This document shows, piece after piece, positions 35,128-44,497 of a DNA stretch of 64,000 bases. This DNA comes from Polyangiales bacterium (GTDB taxonomy: Bacteria; Myxococcota_A; Polyangia; Polyangiales; Polyangiaceae): positions 96,001 through 160,000 of the forward strand of contig JBBRNJ010000005.1 in NCBI GenBank assembly GCA_038230375.1, in the 5' to 3' direction. Under the pieces are notes generated by a model. The model saw nothing but the letters and a program-made list of their open reading frames with translations, ran no database searches and was not told where the DNA came from. Position 1 is the stretch's first letter. Every line of letters starts with the position of its first letter. The translations under genes and the position numbers were made by a program.

Positions 35128-36897
35128 ATGGGCTTGAGCAGCTGCAGCACTCTCGTTCGGGCGTGGATGTGGGCGTTCTTGCTCGGCGTCCTCGTGTGCG
35201 TCGTTCCGCGACCGGCCGCGGCCGCGCGGGTTCGGGTTCATGGCACCGCAAAGCTCACCGTGGAGGTACTGCGCGGCGCCCCGACCACGATCACGGGGCT
35301 GCTTCGTGACGACACAGGAGCGCCGCTCGCGGGCGAGCGCGTGTCCGTGTCCGTGCAGCGCGAATCCGATCCGGGGGATGCGAATGTTCGCAAGGCGATG
35401 CGCGATGCGAAGCGATGCAGCGGCAACGAGCTCGTTCCGCTGGACGACGACTCGATGGTCCCGCGCACGGACGACGCGGGACGCTTCTGCGTGACGCTCA
35501 TGCTCTCCGCCGACGCCTATCGCCTTCGCGCGTCGTACGCGGGCGACAAGCTCACCGACGGCGTGAAGCTCAACCTCCCCATCGACCTTCGCCGCGCGCG
35601 CCTGCGTCTGGCGTTCGATCCCGAGCTTCACAGCGTGGCGCTCGAGGCGAAGACGGTCACGCTCGAAGCCACTGCCACCACGGACGAGAACGGCATCCTA
35701 GAGCCCGCGCCAAACAAGAGCATCGTGCTCTCTTCCGAGACAGGCGCCGAGCTCGCGCGCGAGTCCACGAACATGTCCGGGCGCGCGCGCTTCGTCGTGC
35801 AGACCACGCGCCTTGGGCCGCCAGGCAAGGGAGAGCTGCGCCTGATGTTCGTCGGCGACAGCGACACATCGCCGGCGGACGCACGGGCAGAGGTCGATCG
35901 CATCGCGCCGGTGGAGCTCTCGCTCGCATCGCCCGTGCCCGAAGGCGCCACCGACGAGGGCGTGCCCGCGGTCATCGACGTGAGCACCGTGGCCTCCGGA
36001 CCGGTACCAGAAGGCAGCGTCGAGGCACGGCTCGGGGACGTCGTCGTGGGCATGGCGCCCGTCACGTCGGGTCGAGCGCGCGTGCTTCTCACGTTCGCGT
36101 CGCATGGCTCTTCGTCGGTCGACGTTCACATGCGCTACGTGCCGGTGTCGCCGTTCTACCGCGCGCAGTCACGGCTCATCGTCAAGGTCACGCCCGGCAG
36201 CGGCAGCCTGTGGCGGCGTGCTCCGCTGGCGCTGCTTGCCGTGGTCGTCGCCGGGTTCCTGGTGCTGTTTCGCCGCCAGCAGCGGCAGGCGCCCAAGGTC
36301 GTCAACGCGAAGAAGGAGGAGCTCGGACCCATCGGACACGCTCGCGTCGACGTCGTCAAACCCGTGCAGTATGCACGCAGTGGCTGGACCGGAGAGGTGG
36401 TGGACGCGCACGAGGGCACGCCGGTGTCCGGCGCGGAGGTCCGCATCGAGCGACCGTCGTTCCACGCGCGCATGCCGCTGGCGCAGGCGCGGGCGGACGG
36501 GGCAGGGCGCTTCAAGCTCTCCCATGTGGACACGCTGCCCGGGGACCAGCTCGTCGTGTCGGGCCCGCTCCACTCGGAGCTCCCGACCACCGTGCCAGCA
36601 GAAGGCGAGCTGCGGATCGCGCTGGTGCTCCGAAAGCGCGCCATCCTCACGTCGCTCGTGAAGTGGGCGCGTGCCCGCGGGGGGGCCTATGACGGAAAGC
36701 CGGAGCCCACACCGGGCCTCGTGCGTCGCCTCGCATCGCACGACTACCGCACCGCCCGCTGGGCCGACGCGGTGGAGCGTGGCGCCTTCGACGCCGTCAC
36801 TGTGGACCGCGCGAAGGAGCGTGAGATCGAGGCGCTCCGCCCCGACGCCCCGGAACCAAGCGTGAAGGTCGGCGAGCAAACCGAACCCCACCGCTGA
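35128..36897 (+). CDS. Membrane protein with Ig-like / carboxypeptidase-regulatory-like domains
   Basis: Signal peptide, then ITGLLRDDTGAPLAGERV and TDDAGRF. One TM segment, followed by WTGEVVDAHEGTPVSGAEV...ADGAGRF. Confidence 0.75.
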   Translation: MGLSSCSTLVRAWMWAFLLGVLVCVVPRPAAAARVRVHGTAKLTVEVLRGAPTTITGLLRDDTGAPLAGERVSVSVQRESDPGDANVRKAMRDAKRCSGNELVPLDDDSMVPRTDDAGRFCVTLMLSADAYRLRASYAGDKLTDGVKLNLPIDLRRARLRLAFDPELHSVALEAKTVTLEATATTDENGILEPAPNKSIVLSSETGAELARESTNMSGRARFVVQTTRLGPPGKGELRLMFVGDSDTSPADARAEVDRIAPVELSLASPVPEGATDEGVPAVIDVSTVASGPVPEGSVEARLGDVVVGMAPVTSGRARVLLTFASHGSSSVDVHMRYVPVSPFYRAQSRLIVKVTPGSGSLWRRAPLALLAVVVAGFLVLFRRQQRQAPKVVNAKKEELGPIGHARVDVVKPVQYARSGWTGEVVDAHEGTPVSGAEVRIERPSFHARMPLAQARADGAGRFKLSHVDTLPGDQLVVSGPLHSELPTTVPAEGELRIALVLRKRAILTSLVKWARARGGAYDGKPEPTPGLVRRLASHDYRTARWADAVERGAFDAVTVDRAKEREIEALRPDAPEPSVKVGEQTEPHR

Positions 36898-37035
36898 GAG
36901 CTTCGCCGCACCCCAAAACCTGCCGTTCTTCCGTACTTCTTGTCGATTCCTTCTCCTCGGTAGGTGCTGGTCGACACCGGTCTTCTAGATCGCGTATAAC
37001 GGGCCGCGCCGAACGCGCTTCGGAGGCGGGTAGAA

Positions 37036-38325
37036 ATGGGTTCACTTGGGATTATCGTCGTGGTCGGCCTGGTCATCGCAGCGCTGGTGTACTTCTTCGT
37101 CCTGAAGAAGGCGCCTGAGGCGCTGCCGGAGAAGGCCGAAGGCGCGTCCAAGCCCGCCGCGGACAAGAAGGACGCGTCAAGCGCGGACGCGAAGCCCGAC
37201 TCGAAGAAGGGCGACGCGCCGAAGAAGGCCGACGGCAAGGCGAGCGAGCTCCAGGACATCCGCGTCGACACGGAGTCGCTCGTACCGCCGAAGAAGTTCG
37301 TTCCGCCGGCGGAGGCGCTCTCCTCGTCGAACCTCCAGTCGGAGCCGAGCCAACCGACCCCGTCCAAGCGCGCGAAGAAGGACATCGCCGGGCTGCGCAA
37401 GGGGCTCACGGCATCACGGACAGGCTTCATTGCCAAGCTGACCGCCATCTTCAGCGGGAAAAAGGAGATCGATCCCGCGATCCTCGAGCAAATGGAGGAG
37501 GTCATGCTGACGTCCGACGTTGGCGTGAAGACCACCCAGGTGATCCTCGGGCGGCTGCGCGAGAGCCTCCAGAAGAACGAGCTCGCGGACGAGGCTGCCG
37601 TGCGAAACGCGCTGAAGCGCGAGGCCCTGCGCATTCTCACGCTCGATGGCCAACGCGACAAGGGACCGCTGTCCCTGAGCACACAGCGTCCCCTCGTCGT
37701 CCTCATGGTCGGCGTCAACGGCGTTGGCAAGACCACCACCATCGGCAAGCTCGCCACGCGCTTCACGGCGGACGGCAAGAAGGTCATGCTCGCCGCGGGC
37801 GATACCTTCCGCGCTGCGGCCGTCCAGCAGCTCGAGGTCTGGGGCAAGCGCGTCGGCGCGGAGGTCGTCAGGGGCAAGGAGGGCGCAGACCCGGGCGCCG
37901 TTGCCTACGAGGCCACGACCAAGGCGCGCGAAGCAGGGGCAGACACGCTCTTCGTCGACACGGCCGGGCGCCTCCACACCAAGGTCCCGCTGATGGACGA
38001 GATCAAGAAGGTCAAGAAGACCATCAACAAGGCGTTCGAGAGCGCCCCCCACGAGACACTCCTCGTGCTCGACGCGACGACCGGTCAGAACGCGTTGACG
38101 CAGGCCCAGATGTTCAAGGACGCGATCGACCTCACCGGCATCGTCCTCACCAAGCTGGACGGCACCGCGAAGGGCGGCATCGTCCTCGCCATCGCCGACG
38201 AGCTCCAGATACCGGTCCGGTACATTGGCCTCGGCGAACGGGCGGAGGATCTCCGTGAGTTCTCCGCCGAGGATTTCGTGGAGGCGCTCTTCGGTACGGA
38301 TGACGACGAACAGCGCGCGGCCTAA
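37036..38325 (+). CDS. ftsY: Signal recognition particle receptor FtsY
   Basis: GVNGVGKTTTIGKLA, DTFRAAA, DTAGRL, DATTGQN and TKLDGTAKGG motifs. N-terminal TM anchor. Confidence 0.97.
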   Translation: MGSLGIIVVVGLVIAALVYFFVLKKAPEALPEKAEGASKPAADKKDASSADAKPDSKKGDAPKKADGKASELQDIRVDTESLVPPKKFVPPAEALSSSNLQSEPSQPTPSKRAKKDIAGLRKGLTASRTGFIAKLTAIFSGKKEIDPAILEQMEEVMLTSDVGVKTTQVILGRLRESLQKNELADEAAVRNALKREALRILTLDGQRDKGPLSLSTQRPLVVLMVGVNGVGKTTTIGKLATRFTADGKKVMLAAGDTFRAAAVQQLEVWGKRVGAEVVRGKEGADPGAVAYEATTKAREAGADTLFVDTAGRLHTKVPLMDEIKKVKKTINKAFESAPHETLLVLDATTGQNALTQAQMFKDAIDLTGIVLTKLDGTAKGGIVLAIADELQIPVRYIGLGERAEDLREFSAEDFVEALFGTDDDEQRAA

Positions 38326-38467
38326 ACCTCCAATTCGCGTCCCACAGGTATTTTCATTGTTTACCTGAGGTTCTGCATGTTAGAGTGCGCAGCGCTTTCG
38401 CGGTTAGCTGATTTCCCCAATTTTAATAACGAGTTACGTGCGCGATCTGGATGCGGAAGGGGCAGCG

Positions 38468-39511
38468 ATGAAGCAGGCGACGAAGGGGCTTCTTCTCGGG
38501 GTGATCTCGGCGGCAATGGCAGCGACCCTGCTGATGTCCACGCCGGCATTTGCTCAGAAAAAGAAGCCCGGCGGTGGCACCGGTGCGGCACCAGCCCCCC
38601 CCACGCCTCCGGCACCTGCCGGAGCCGGCGGTAGCGATATCGAGATCGACGATCCGAACACCCCCAAGGCCCCGACCGATCCCGCCGGAGGCACAACGCC
38701 CCCCGCTGGTGGTACGGACCCGGCAGCTGGCGGAACGGGCGGCGCGGGTGCGACCGGGGGTGCCGGCGGCATCTGCGAGATCGATCCCTCCGCGTGTCCC
38801 AAGGGTGGAGACATCAAGGCGGCCGCTGGCAAGGATGTCGCGGCTGAGGTCTACGCCGTCCAGCAGATCTACGCGCTTCGCTACCATCGCTTCGAGCTCA
38901 TGCCCTACTGGGCGCTGACCTTGAACGACCAGTTCGTCAACCACCCGGGGCCCGGTCTCGGCGCGAACTTCTACATCACGAACGTCCTCGCGGTCGGCAT
39001 CTCGGGCACCTTCTATCAAGGCCTGAACGCGGACTCGGACTTCAACTTCCAGAACCGCCGCGCGACCCGCGTCGCAGTGCCGCTGAACGAGTACCAGTAC
39101 AACGCGAACCTGAACGTTTCGTACGTGCCGATCTACGGCAAGTTCGCCGGGTTCTCGGACTTCATCTTCCACTACGATCTCTACACGGTCGCCGGCCTGG
39201 GCATTCTCTCCACGCGCCCCATCCCCGTCATCGACCCTGACAACCGCAACTTCGCGTTCGAGGCCAAGCTGGCCTTCAACGCTGGCCTTGGTCTCCGCAT
39301 CTTCTTCAATCGGTGGTTCGCTGCTGACCTCGAGATCCGCGACTACATCTACAACGAGAAGCTGGAGTCGCTCACCCTCGCGCCGACCCAGGCGCAACAG
39401 CAAGACAAGGGCACCTGGTTCGGCGAGAGCAAGATCACCAACAACGTCCAGGCCCAGCTTGGCGTCAGCGTGTTCTTGCCCTTCAGCTGGGAATACCGGT
39501 TGCCGAAATGA
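38468..39511 (+). CDS. Outer-membrane beta-barrel protein, GltA/GltB-like
   Basis: Signal peptide and a Pro/Gly-rich N-terminal extension. VYAVQQ...RFEL, LNDQF, VPIYGKFA and GLGLRIF motifs with a C-terminal LGVSVFLP strand. Tandem pair near glt genes. Confidence 0.8.
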   Translation: MKQATKGLLLGVISAAMAATLLMSTPAFAQKKKPGGGTGAAPAPPTPPAPAGAGGSDIEIDDPNTPKAPTDPAGGTTPPAGGTDPAAGGTGGAGATGGAGGICEIDPSACPKGGDIKAAAGKDVAAEVYAVQQIYALRYHRFELMPYWALTLNDQFVNHPGPGLGANFYITNVLAVGISGTFYQGLNADSDFNFQNRRATRVAVPLNEYQYNANLNVSYVPIYGKFAGFSDFIFHYDLYTVAGLGILSTRPIPVIDPDNRNFAFEAKLAFNAGLGLRIFFNRWFAADLEIRDYIYNEKLESLTLAPTQAQQQDKGTWFGESKITNNVQAQLGVSVFLPFSWEYRLPK

Positions 39512-40476
39512 GCCGCGCCATGAACACCAAGCGACTCTCGAGCCGAACGAGGACGAGCATGCAGACCCGCCAAACGCGTTTCTTCTCAGGCGCGTTGCTG
39601 AGAGTGAGCGCCGCCGCGGCCGTTCTTGGCGCGACCGCGTACGCCACCCCCGCCGCCGCACAAGAGATCCAGATCACGGGTCCGCTGGCCGGTGCGCCCG
39701 CAGTTCGCAAGGAGCGCCTCCACCGCGACGGTCGCTTCGAGCTGGCGCCGCAGTTCGCGTTCTCCCTCCTCGATGAGTACCGGCAGACGCATGCCCTCGG
39801 CACCACGCTGCACTACAACATCAAGGACTACCTCTCCGTCGGCGTGTTCGGTTTCTTCGCGCTGTTCAACCCCACCACGGACCTCACCGACCAGATCGAC
39901 AAGGTCGCCAATCGCAACTCGCGCACGGCGCCGAACGTCAATCACAAGGGCACTGGCACTGGGGCCGATCCGTTCACGAACGGCAGCTTCGCCGACCAGA
40001 CCACGAAGATTTCGTTCTTCGCGGGGCCGCAGGCGCAGTTCGCACCGTTCCGCGGCAAGATCGCGCTCTTCCAGAAGCTCTTCGTCGACACCGATCTCTA
40101 CATCCACGGCGGCATTGCGTTCGTCGGACTGCAGGAGCGCGGGGACTGCGGCGGCGGCGGAAGCCAGAAGAGCTGCACGGATCCGGACTCCTTCAAGCTA
40201 CAGGGTCGCACCGCGATCACGGGCACCGGCGGCCTCGGCCTCTCGTTCTACACGAACAAGGGCATCGGCTTTCGCGCCGAGTACCGCGCCCTACCGTTCT
40301 CCTGGAACCGCCCGGGCTTCGACTCGCGCGGCGCCGGCACGGATGGCAAGTTCCCGAACCTCCAGGCCACGGGCACCGCCGTCGTCGACGGGAAGGATCA
40401 GACCTTCAAGTGGAACCAGTTCGTGACCATCGGCGTTGTCGTGGCGTTCCCCTGGGAAACCAAGATCTCGGAGTAG
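39508..40476 (+). CDS. Outer-membrane beta-barrel protein, GltA/GltB/GltH-like
   Basis: ATGA overlap with the upstream gene. AVRKERLHRDGRFELAP, APFRGKIALF, DLYIHGG and GLGLSFY motifs with a C-terminal amphipathic strand. Confidence 0.75.
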   Translation: MSRAMNTKRLSSRTRTSMQTRQTRFFSGALLRVSAAAAVLGATAYATPAAAQEIQITGPLAGAPAVRKERLHRDGRFELAPQFAFSLLDEYRQTHALGTTLHYNIKDYLSVGVFGFFALFNPTTDLTDQIDKVANRNSRTAPNVNHKGTGTGADPFTNGSFADQTTKISFFAGPQAQFAPFRGKIALFQKLFVDTDLYIHGGIAFVGLQERGDCGGGGSQKSCTDPDSFKLQGRTAITGTGGLGLSFYTNKGIGFRAEYRALPFSWNRPGFDSRGAGTDGKFPNLQATGTAVVDGKDQTFKWNQFVTIGVVVAFPWETKISE

Positions 40477-40506
40477 CCAGGCGGAGAGCACTCCGCCCTG
40501 GATGAC

Positions 40507-40546
40507 GAAAAGGCCGGAAGGGCGAGCTGCCCGACCGGCCTTTTTC
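40507..40546. terminator. Bidirectional intrinsic terminator
   Basis: gaaaaggccgg-aa-gggc-gagct-gccc-ga-ccggcctttttc lies between convergent genes and has an A-tract and a T-tract on its flanks. Confidence 0.8.
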
Positions 40547-40567
40547 TTGCGCTCGAAACGCGTGAGG

Positions 40568-41308
40568 TCAGCGCTTGAGGACCTTGCCTTCGCCGTCGAT
40601 CGTGTAGGCGGGGGGTAGCGCTTTGCGCATGGCGGTGCGCTCTTCTTCTGGGATCACGAAGCCGCGCTCTGCGAACGCGTCTGCGATCTTGTTGCGGACG
40701 CGGACGCTCTCTTCTTCGGGGAACATCTTGCGGAGCGGCTCCTCGACCCGTGGGTCCTTCTGCACGAGCAGCGTGACGGCTGCGTGGAAGCGCGCGGGCT
40801 CGTTCACGTCCTCGAGGAAGGGAATGACCGCGTCGACGATCTCCGGGGCCTTGTAGTCCTCCAGCGCGACCAGGAGCTGGATCTTTGGATCGATGAACTT
40901 GGAGTACTCCGTGTCCCAGCGAGCGAGCCACACCAGGAGCTCCTTCACGAGCGCGTCTTCGTCCAGGATCTCCTTCAGGATGCGCATGGGCCACGCCAGG
41001 CTCTCCGCCTTGGCGGCGTACGCGCGGACCGGGACGATCGCATCCGCGCCTGCCTTCAGGATGCCCTGGTACGCGAGGTCCTTCTCTTCCTGATCCGTGA
41101 TGGAGGGATCGGAGGTGAAGTTGAAGCGGCGAAGCAGCGCCTCTGCGGCATCTGCAGTTCCCATGGCGGAGAGCTCCTGAAGCGCCTCCTGACGGTCGTA
41201 GTTCTGCGCCCGCTTGTTGCCTGCTGCCTCCGCCCACTTCGCGGCGGCGTTGCCCTTTGGCTTTTCCCCGCCCTTGTCTTTTCCGCGGAACAAATCGAAT
41301 AGACCCAT
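40568..41308 (-). CDS. HEAT-repeat protein with an N-terminal MGLFDLF amphipathic motif
   Basis: HEAT-like repeats FLEDVNEPARFHAAVTL and EEESVRVRNKIADAF. Confidence 0.82.
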   Translation of the reverse strand: MGLFDLFRGKDKGGEKPKGNAAAKWAEAAGNKRAQNYDRQEALQELSAMGTADAAEALLRRFNFTSDPSITDQEEKDLAYQGILKAGADAIVPVRAYAAKAESLAWPMRILKEILDEDALVKELLVWLARWDTEYSKFIDPKIQLLVALEDYKAPEIVDAVIPFLEDVNEPARFHAAVTLLVQKDPRVEEPLRKMFPEEESVRVRNKIADAFAERGFVIPEEERTAMRKALPPAYTIDGEGKVLKR

Positions 41309-41480
41309 GGGATACGCAGACTCCTGACGAGATGATCTAGCTCAAAAAACAGGCTGCCCACGCATGAAGCGAGGACAGCCCGAATGTGGTCACGAAGTGG
41401 CGTGGGTCAATTGCCCAGAGAGACTTGTGGAGCGCCTTGCGTGCTTGCGTTCACGCATTCACGTAGCATGCTCCGTGAAT

Positions 41481-42908
41481 TCACGGAAGAGGCACGGCCA
41501 GGAAGTTAACCTGTCCGTCGACTGTCTGGACCTTGTAGCGAACCGGACGGCCGTGCTTCTGGTGCGCGTCCTGCTCCATGCCCTGGATACGAGTCTTGAA
41601 CGTGTCCGGGGTGATGTGGTCCGTCGCCTCGCCAAGGCCTTTTTTCGCGGCGATGTACTCCGCGAAGATACGCCCGTAGTAAGCGGCTTCCGCCTCCTGC
41701 TTCAGCGCGGATGCATCCACGGACTCGCCGCTGCCTGCGCCGCCGCCCTTGTCGACGGACATCGCGTCGGAGAAGTTCGCCGCGGATGGCGCCTTGGAGA
41801 CACGGCCCTGGTCGTCCGTGGTGTCTTCCTCGATGCCCATCAGCTGATTCAAGAGCTGATCGATCCGGAAGCCGAGGCCGCCGAGATCCGGATGCTCGAG
41901 CTCGAAGCGCTTGTCGGTCTGGCCGTTGAGGATGGCAAGGAGGCCCTCCTCGAGGACGCCGATAGGCTTCGAGATGTAGTCGCCCAGGAACCAGCCGCCG
42001 ATGACGACGAGGATGAGGCCAAGGAGCGTCGACATAAGGACGTAGAGCGGGATGTTCTTGGCATCCGCGAGCAGCGTGGTGGGCGACGCGACGATGACCG
42101 CCGCGTGCTTGCCATCGCCGAAGTTGTCGAGGGGCGCTGCAGCAAGGAACACGTCCCCAGACTGCGCCGTCTCCACGTGGCCGCTCGAAAGCGCGGTCTT
42201 GAGGTCCGCCTTCAGCGCGGCGTTCGCGGCGGCCTTCAGGTCGTCCGTTGCACCGATCGAGCTCGCAGCGAGCGACACATCCGCGCCGTTCGCGATCGCG
42301 AGCATGACGCCGCGCCCAGTGTTGTTCTCGCCGACGCCGAGCTCGTCCCCGAGCGGAACGCCCATGACGAGCGCGCCGACCGGCTTCGAGTCGTTCGTGA
42401 CCTGGACGTACGCGACCATGTACTGGCCCGTCTGGCTGACCCACACGTCCGAGCCGGACTGGCCCTTCGCGATGGTCTCCTTCAAGAGCGGGTGCTGCGC
42501 CGCGACGTCCTGACCGGCGGAGAGCGCCGAACCATTCTGGCCGACAGCCTTGCCTTGGGCGTCGATCACCATGACGAGCGACGGCGGGTTTCCGGAGAAA
42601 GTCTGCTTGGCCGCAGACAGCACACGGTCCGCAAGCGCGACGGCCGCATCGGCGCGCGCGTTTGCAGTGGAGCGTGTGAGCGCGTCCGCCGCCGTGGGCT
42701 CCTGGGCCTTGCCCGCAAGCCAGCGCTCGGCGCGAAGGCCGTCGAGCTGGAGCCTTGCGGCTGCGCTCTGGGCATCACGTTTGGCGCGCTCGGTGAGCGC
42801 TGCGGGGTTCGACGCGGCGGTCACCAACGTCTGCCTCACGATCGCGAAGGCCAGGAGCCCCGTGATCAGGACGATGACCGCATTGACTGCGATGATCTTG
42901 TTTCGCAT
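41481..42908 (-). CDS. Two-TM sensor-like protein with a HAMP-like region and an MXAN_5187-type C-terminal domain
   Basis: TM1, a Cache-like periplasmic region, TM2, ISKPIGVLEEGL, then C-terminal IFAEYIAAKKGLGE..D.IT...F...VRYKVQTVDGQVNFLAVP. Confidence 0.75.
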   Translation of the reverse strand: MRNKIIAVNAVIVLITGLLAFAIVRQTLVTAASNPAALTERAKRDAQSAAARLQLDGLRAERWLAGKAQEPTAADALTRSTANARADAAVALADRVLSAAKQTFSGNPPSLVMVIDAQGKAVGQNGSALSAGQDVAAQHPLLKETIAKGQSGSDVWVSQTGQYMVAYVQVTNDSKPVGALVMGVPLGDELGVGENNTGRGVMLAIANGADVSLAASSIGATDDLKAAANAALKADLKTALSSGHVETAQSGDVFLAAAPLDNFGDGKHAAVIVASPTTLLADAKNIPLYVLMSTLLGLILVVIGGWFLGDYISKPIGVLEEGLLAILNGQTDKRFELEHPDLGGLGFRIDQLLNQLMGIEEDTTDDQGRVSKAPSAANFSDAMSVDKGGGAGSGESVDASALKQEAEAAYYGRIFAEYIAAKKGLGEATDHITPDTFKTRIQGMEQDAHQKHGRPVRYKVQTVDGQVNFLAVPLP

Positions 42909-43072
42909 TCCCCGAACGCCTCCGACTGCGCGGCCACGTCCCCGTGTGCCGCAGGTTGGGCCAGGCTCAGAACTGAAACCAGAACTGAGACCAGCCACGT
43001 TTCGCCCAGGACGCGCATGCGCCGAGCACGCCCAAGCTATCACCGCCCGCTTTCGCGCGGCAACAACGCATT

Positions 43073-43108
43073 GCCATCTTCACCGCCATCTTCACCGCCA
43101 TCTTCACC
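43073..43108. repeat. Perfect 12-bp tandem repeat x3 (gccatcttcacc)
   Basis: Read directly. Lies in a divergent intergenic region. Confidence 0.9.
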
Positions 43109-43179
43109 CACGGAGTTCTGCGTTGCCTTTGTCCGCTCCCCCTTCCCGCGCCACGGGCCGCCGCGTATGCTGAAAAGAC

Positions 43180-44211
43180 ATGTCGTCTCCCGCCGCCGAG
43201 GCCGCGCTCCTCGTCGATGACCCTCGATTTTCGGACCACGCGCCGCCGGCCTACCATCCAGAGCGTCCGGAGCGGCTCATTGCCGCACGGGCGGCGGTCG
43301 CCCGCGCAGACGTTGTGTGGTCGGCGCTCGCGCCCACGCGGGCCACGGACGACGCGCTCGTCCGCGTGCACAGCGCGGCCTATCTCGCCGAGCTCGAGCG
43401 GATGAACGGCAAGAAGGGCTACATCGACCCGGACACCTACGTGAACGAGTCGAGCATCGAGGTCGCGCGCCTCGCCGCTGGCAGCGTCGCAGCGATGGTC
43501 TCGCAGATCGTGAGCGGCCCCGTGAAGCGGGGCGTCGCGCTGGTCCGGCCGCCGGGTCACCATGCGCGCGAGTCGCAGGCCATGGGCTTCTGCCTCTTCA
43601 ACAACGTGGCGGTCGCCGCCGCGGAGGCGCGTGCGCTCGGCCTGCCGCGCGTAGCCATCGTTGACTTCGACGTGCATCACGGCAACGGAACGCAGGAGAT
43701 GTTCTACGCGGATCCCAGCGTCCTCTATGTCTCCACGCACCAGTTTCCTTTCTATCCAGGCACCGGCGCGCTCGACGAGACTGGCACTGGTGATGGAAAG
43801 GGCTTCACGCTCAACGTCCCCATGACGGCGGGCGGCGGCGACGCGGTGTATCGCGGCGCGTTCGAGCGCGTGATCCTTCCCGTGCTGGATGCGTTCGCGC
43901 CGAGCATCATCCTGGTCAGCGCGGGCTTCGACGCGAGCCTGCGCGATCCGCTCGCGGAGATGACGCTCGACTCCGCCGCGTTCGGGTGGATGTCACGCGC
44001 GCTCCGGAAGGTCGCGGACAAGCATTCGGAAGGACGCATCGGCATGGTCCTCGAGGGCGGCTACGACCTGGTCGCGCTCGAAGGCGGCCTGCTCTCGGCC
44101 ATCCACGGAATGGTCAACCACGACGCCGAGGAGATCCTGCGCGACGTCGACCACGACGATCTCGATCGCGCCGAAGCGACCGCGCGCCGCGCCTGGGCCC
44201 AAGCTCTGTAG
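43180..44211 (+). CDS. Histone deacetylase family (Zn-dependent) deacetylase
   Basis: HPERPERL, RPPGHHA, GFCLFNN, DFDVHHGNGTQ, SAGFDA and LEGGY motifs. Confidence 0.96.
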   Translation: MSSPAAEAALLVDDPRFSDHAPPAYHPERPERLIAARAAVARADVVWSALAPTRATDDALVRVHSAAYLAELERMNGKKGYIDPDTYVNESSIEVARLAAGSVAAMVSQIVSGPVKRGVALVRPPGHHARESQAMGFCLFNNVAVAAAEARALGLPRVAIVDFDVHHGNGTQEMFYADPSVLYVSTHQFPFYPGTGALDETGTGDGKGFTLNVPMTAGGGDAVYRGAFERVILPVLDAFAPSIILVSAGFDASLRDPLAEMTLDSAAFGWMSRALRKVADKHSEGRIGMVLEGGYDLVALEGGLLSAIHGMVNHDAEEILRDVDHDDLDRAEATARRAWAQAL

Positions 44212-44214
44212 CCT

Positions 44215-44257
44215 GGTGTTTTCGGTCGATACCGGCTTGGTCTCGACCGAAACCACC
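44215..44257. terminator. Stem-loop between the convergent deacetylase and tRNA genes
   Basis: ggtgttttcggtcga ... tcgaccgaaaccacc, with 14 of 15 positions complementary. No clear U-tract. Confidence 0.55.
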
Positions 44258-44303
44258 GACGGCTCCTCGTGCGACTGTCGAGAGAACCGGAGTTTAGATG
44301 CAG

Positions 44304-44376
44304 GGTGACCGACGGGGTTTGAACCCGCGACAGCCGGAGCCACAGTCCGGCGCTCTACCAACTGAGCTACGGCCAC
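44304..44376 (-). tRNA. tRNA-His (GTG)
   Basis: Reverse complement folds as GTGGCCG TA GCTC AGTTGGTA GAGC G CCGGA CT-GTG-GC TCCGG CTGTC GCGGG TTCAAAC CCCGT CGGTCAC C. CCA is not encoded. Confidence 0.96.
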
Positions 44377-44497
44377 ATGAGCCTCCGACCAGATGGGCGA
44401 AGGCACGACGGGAACTTACTCGTGCGTCAGGACGGCGCAAGCCTTTTTTTGGCGCTTCTCCTGCCACTGGCGCGTGGGCGGGCGCTCTCGCTCAGGC

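Noticed and set aside
41364..43220. 618-aa plus-strand ORF
   Set aside because: Antisense shadow of the MXAN_5187-like gene.
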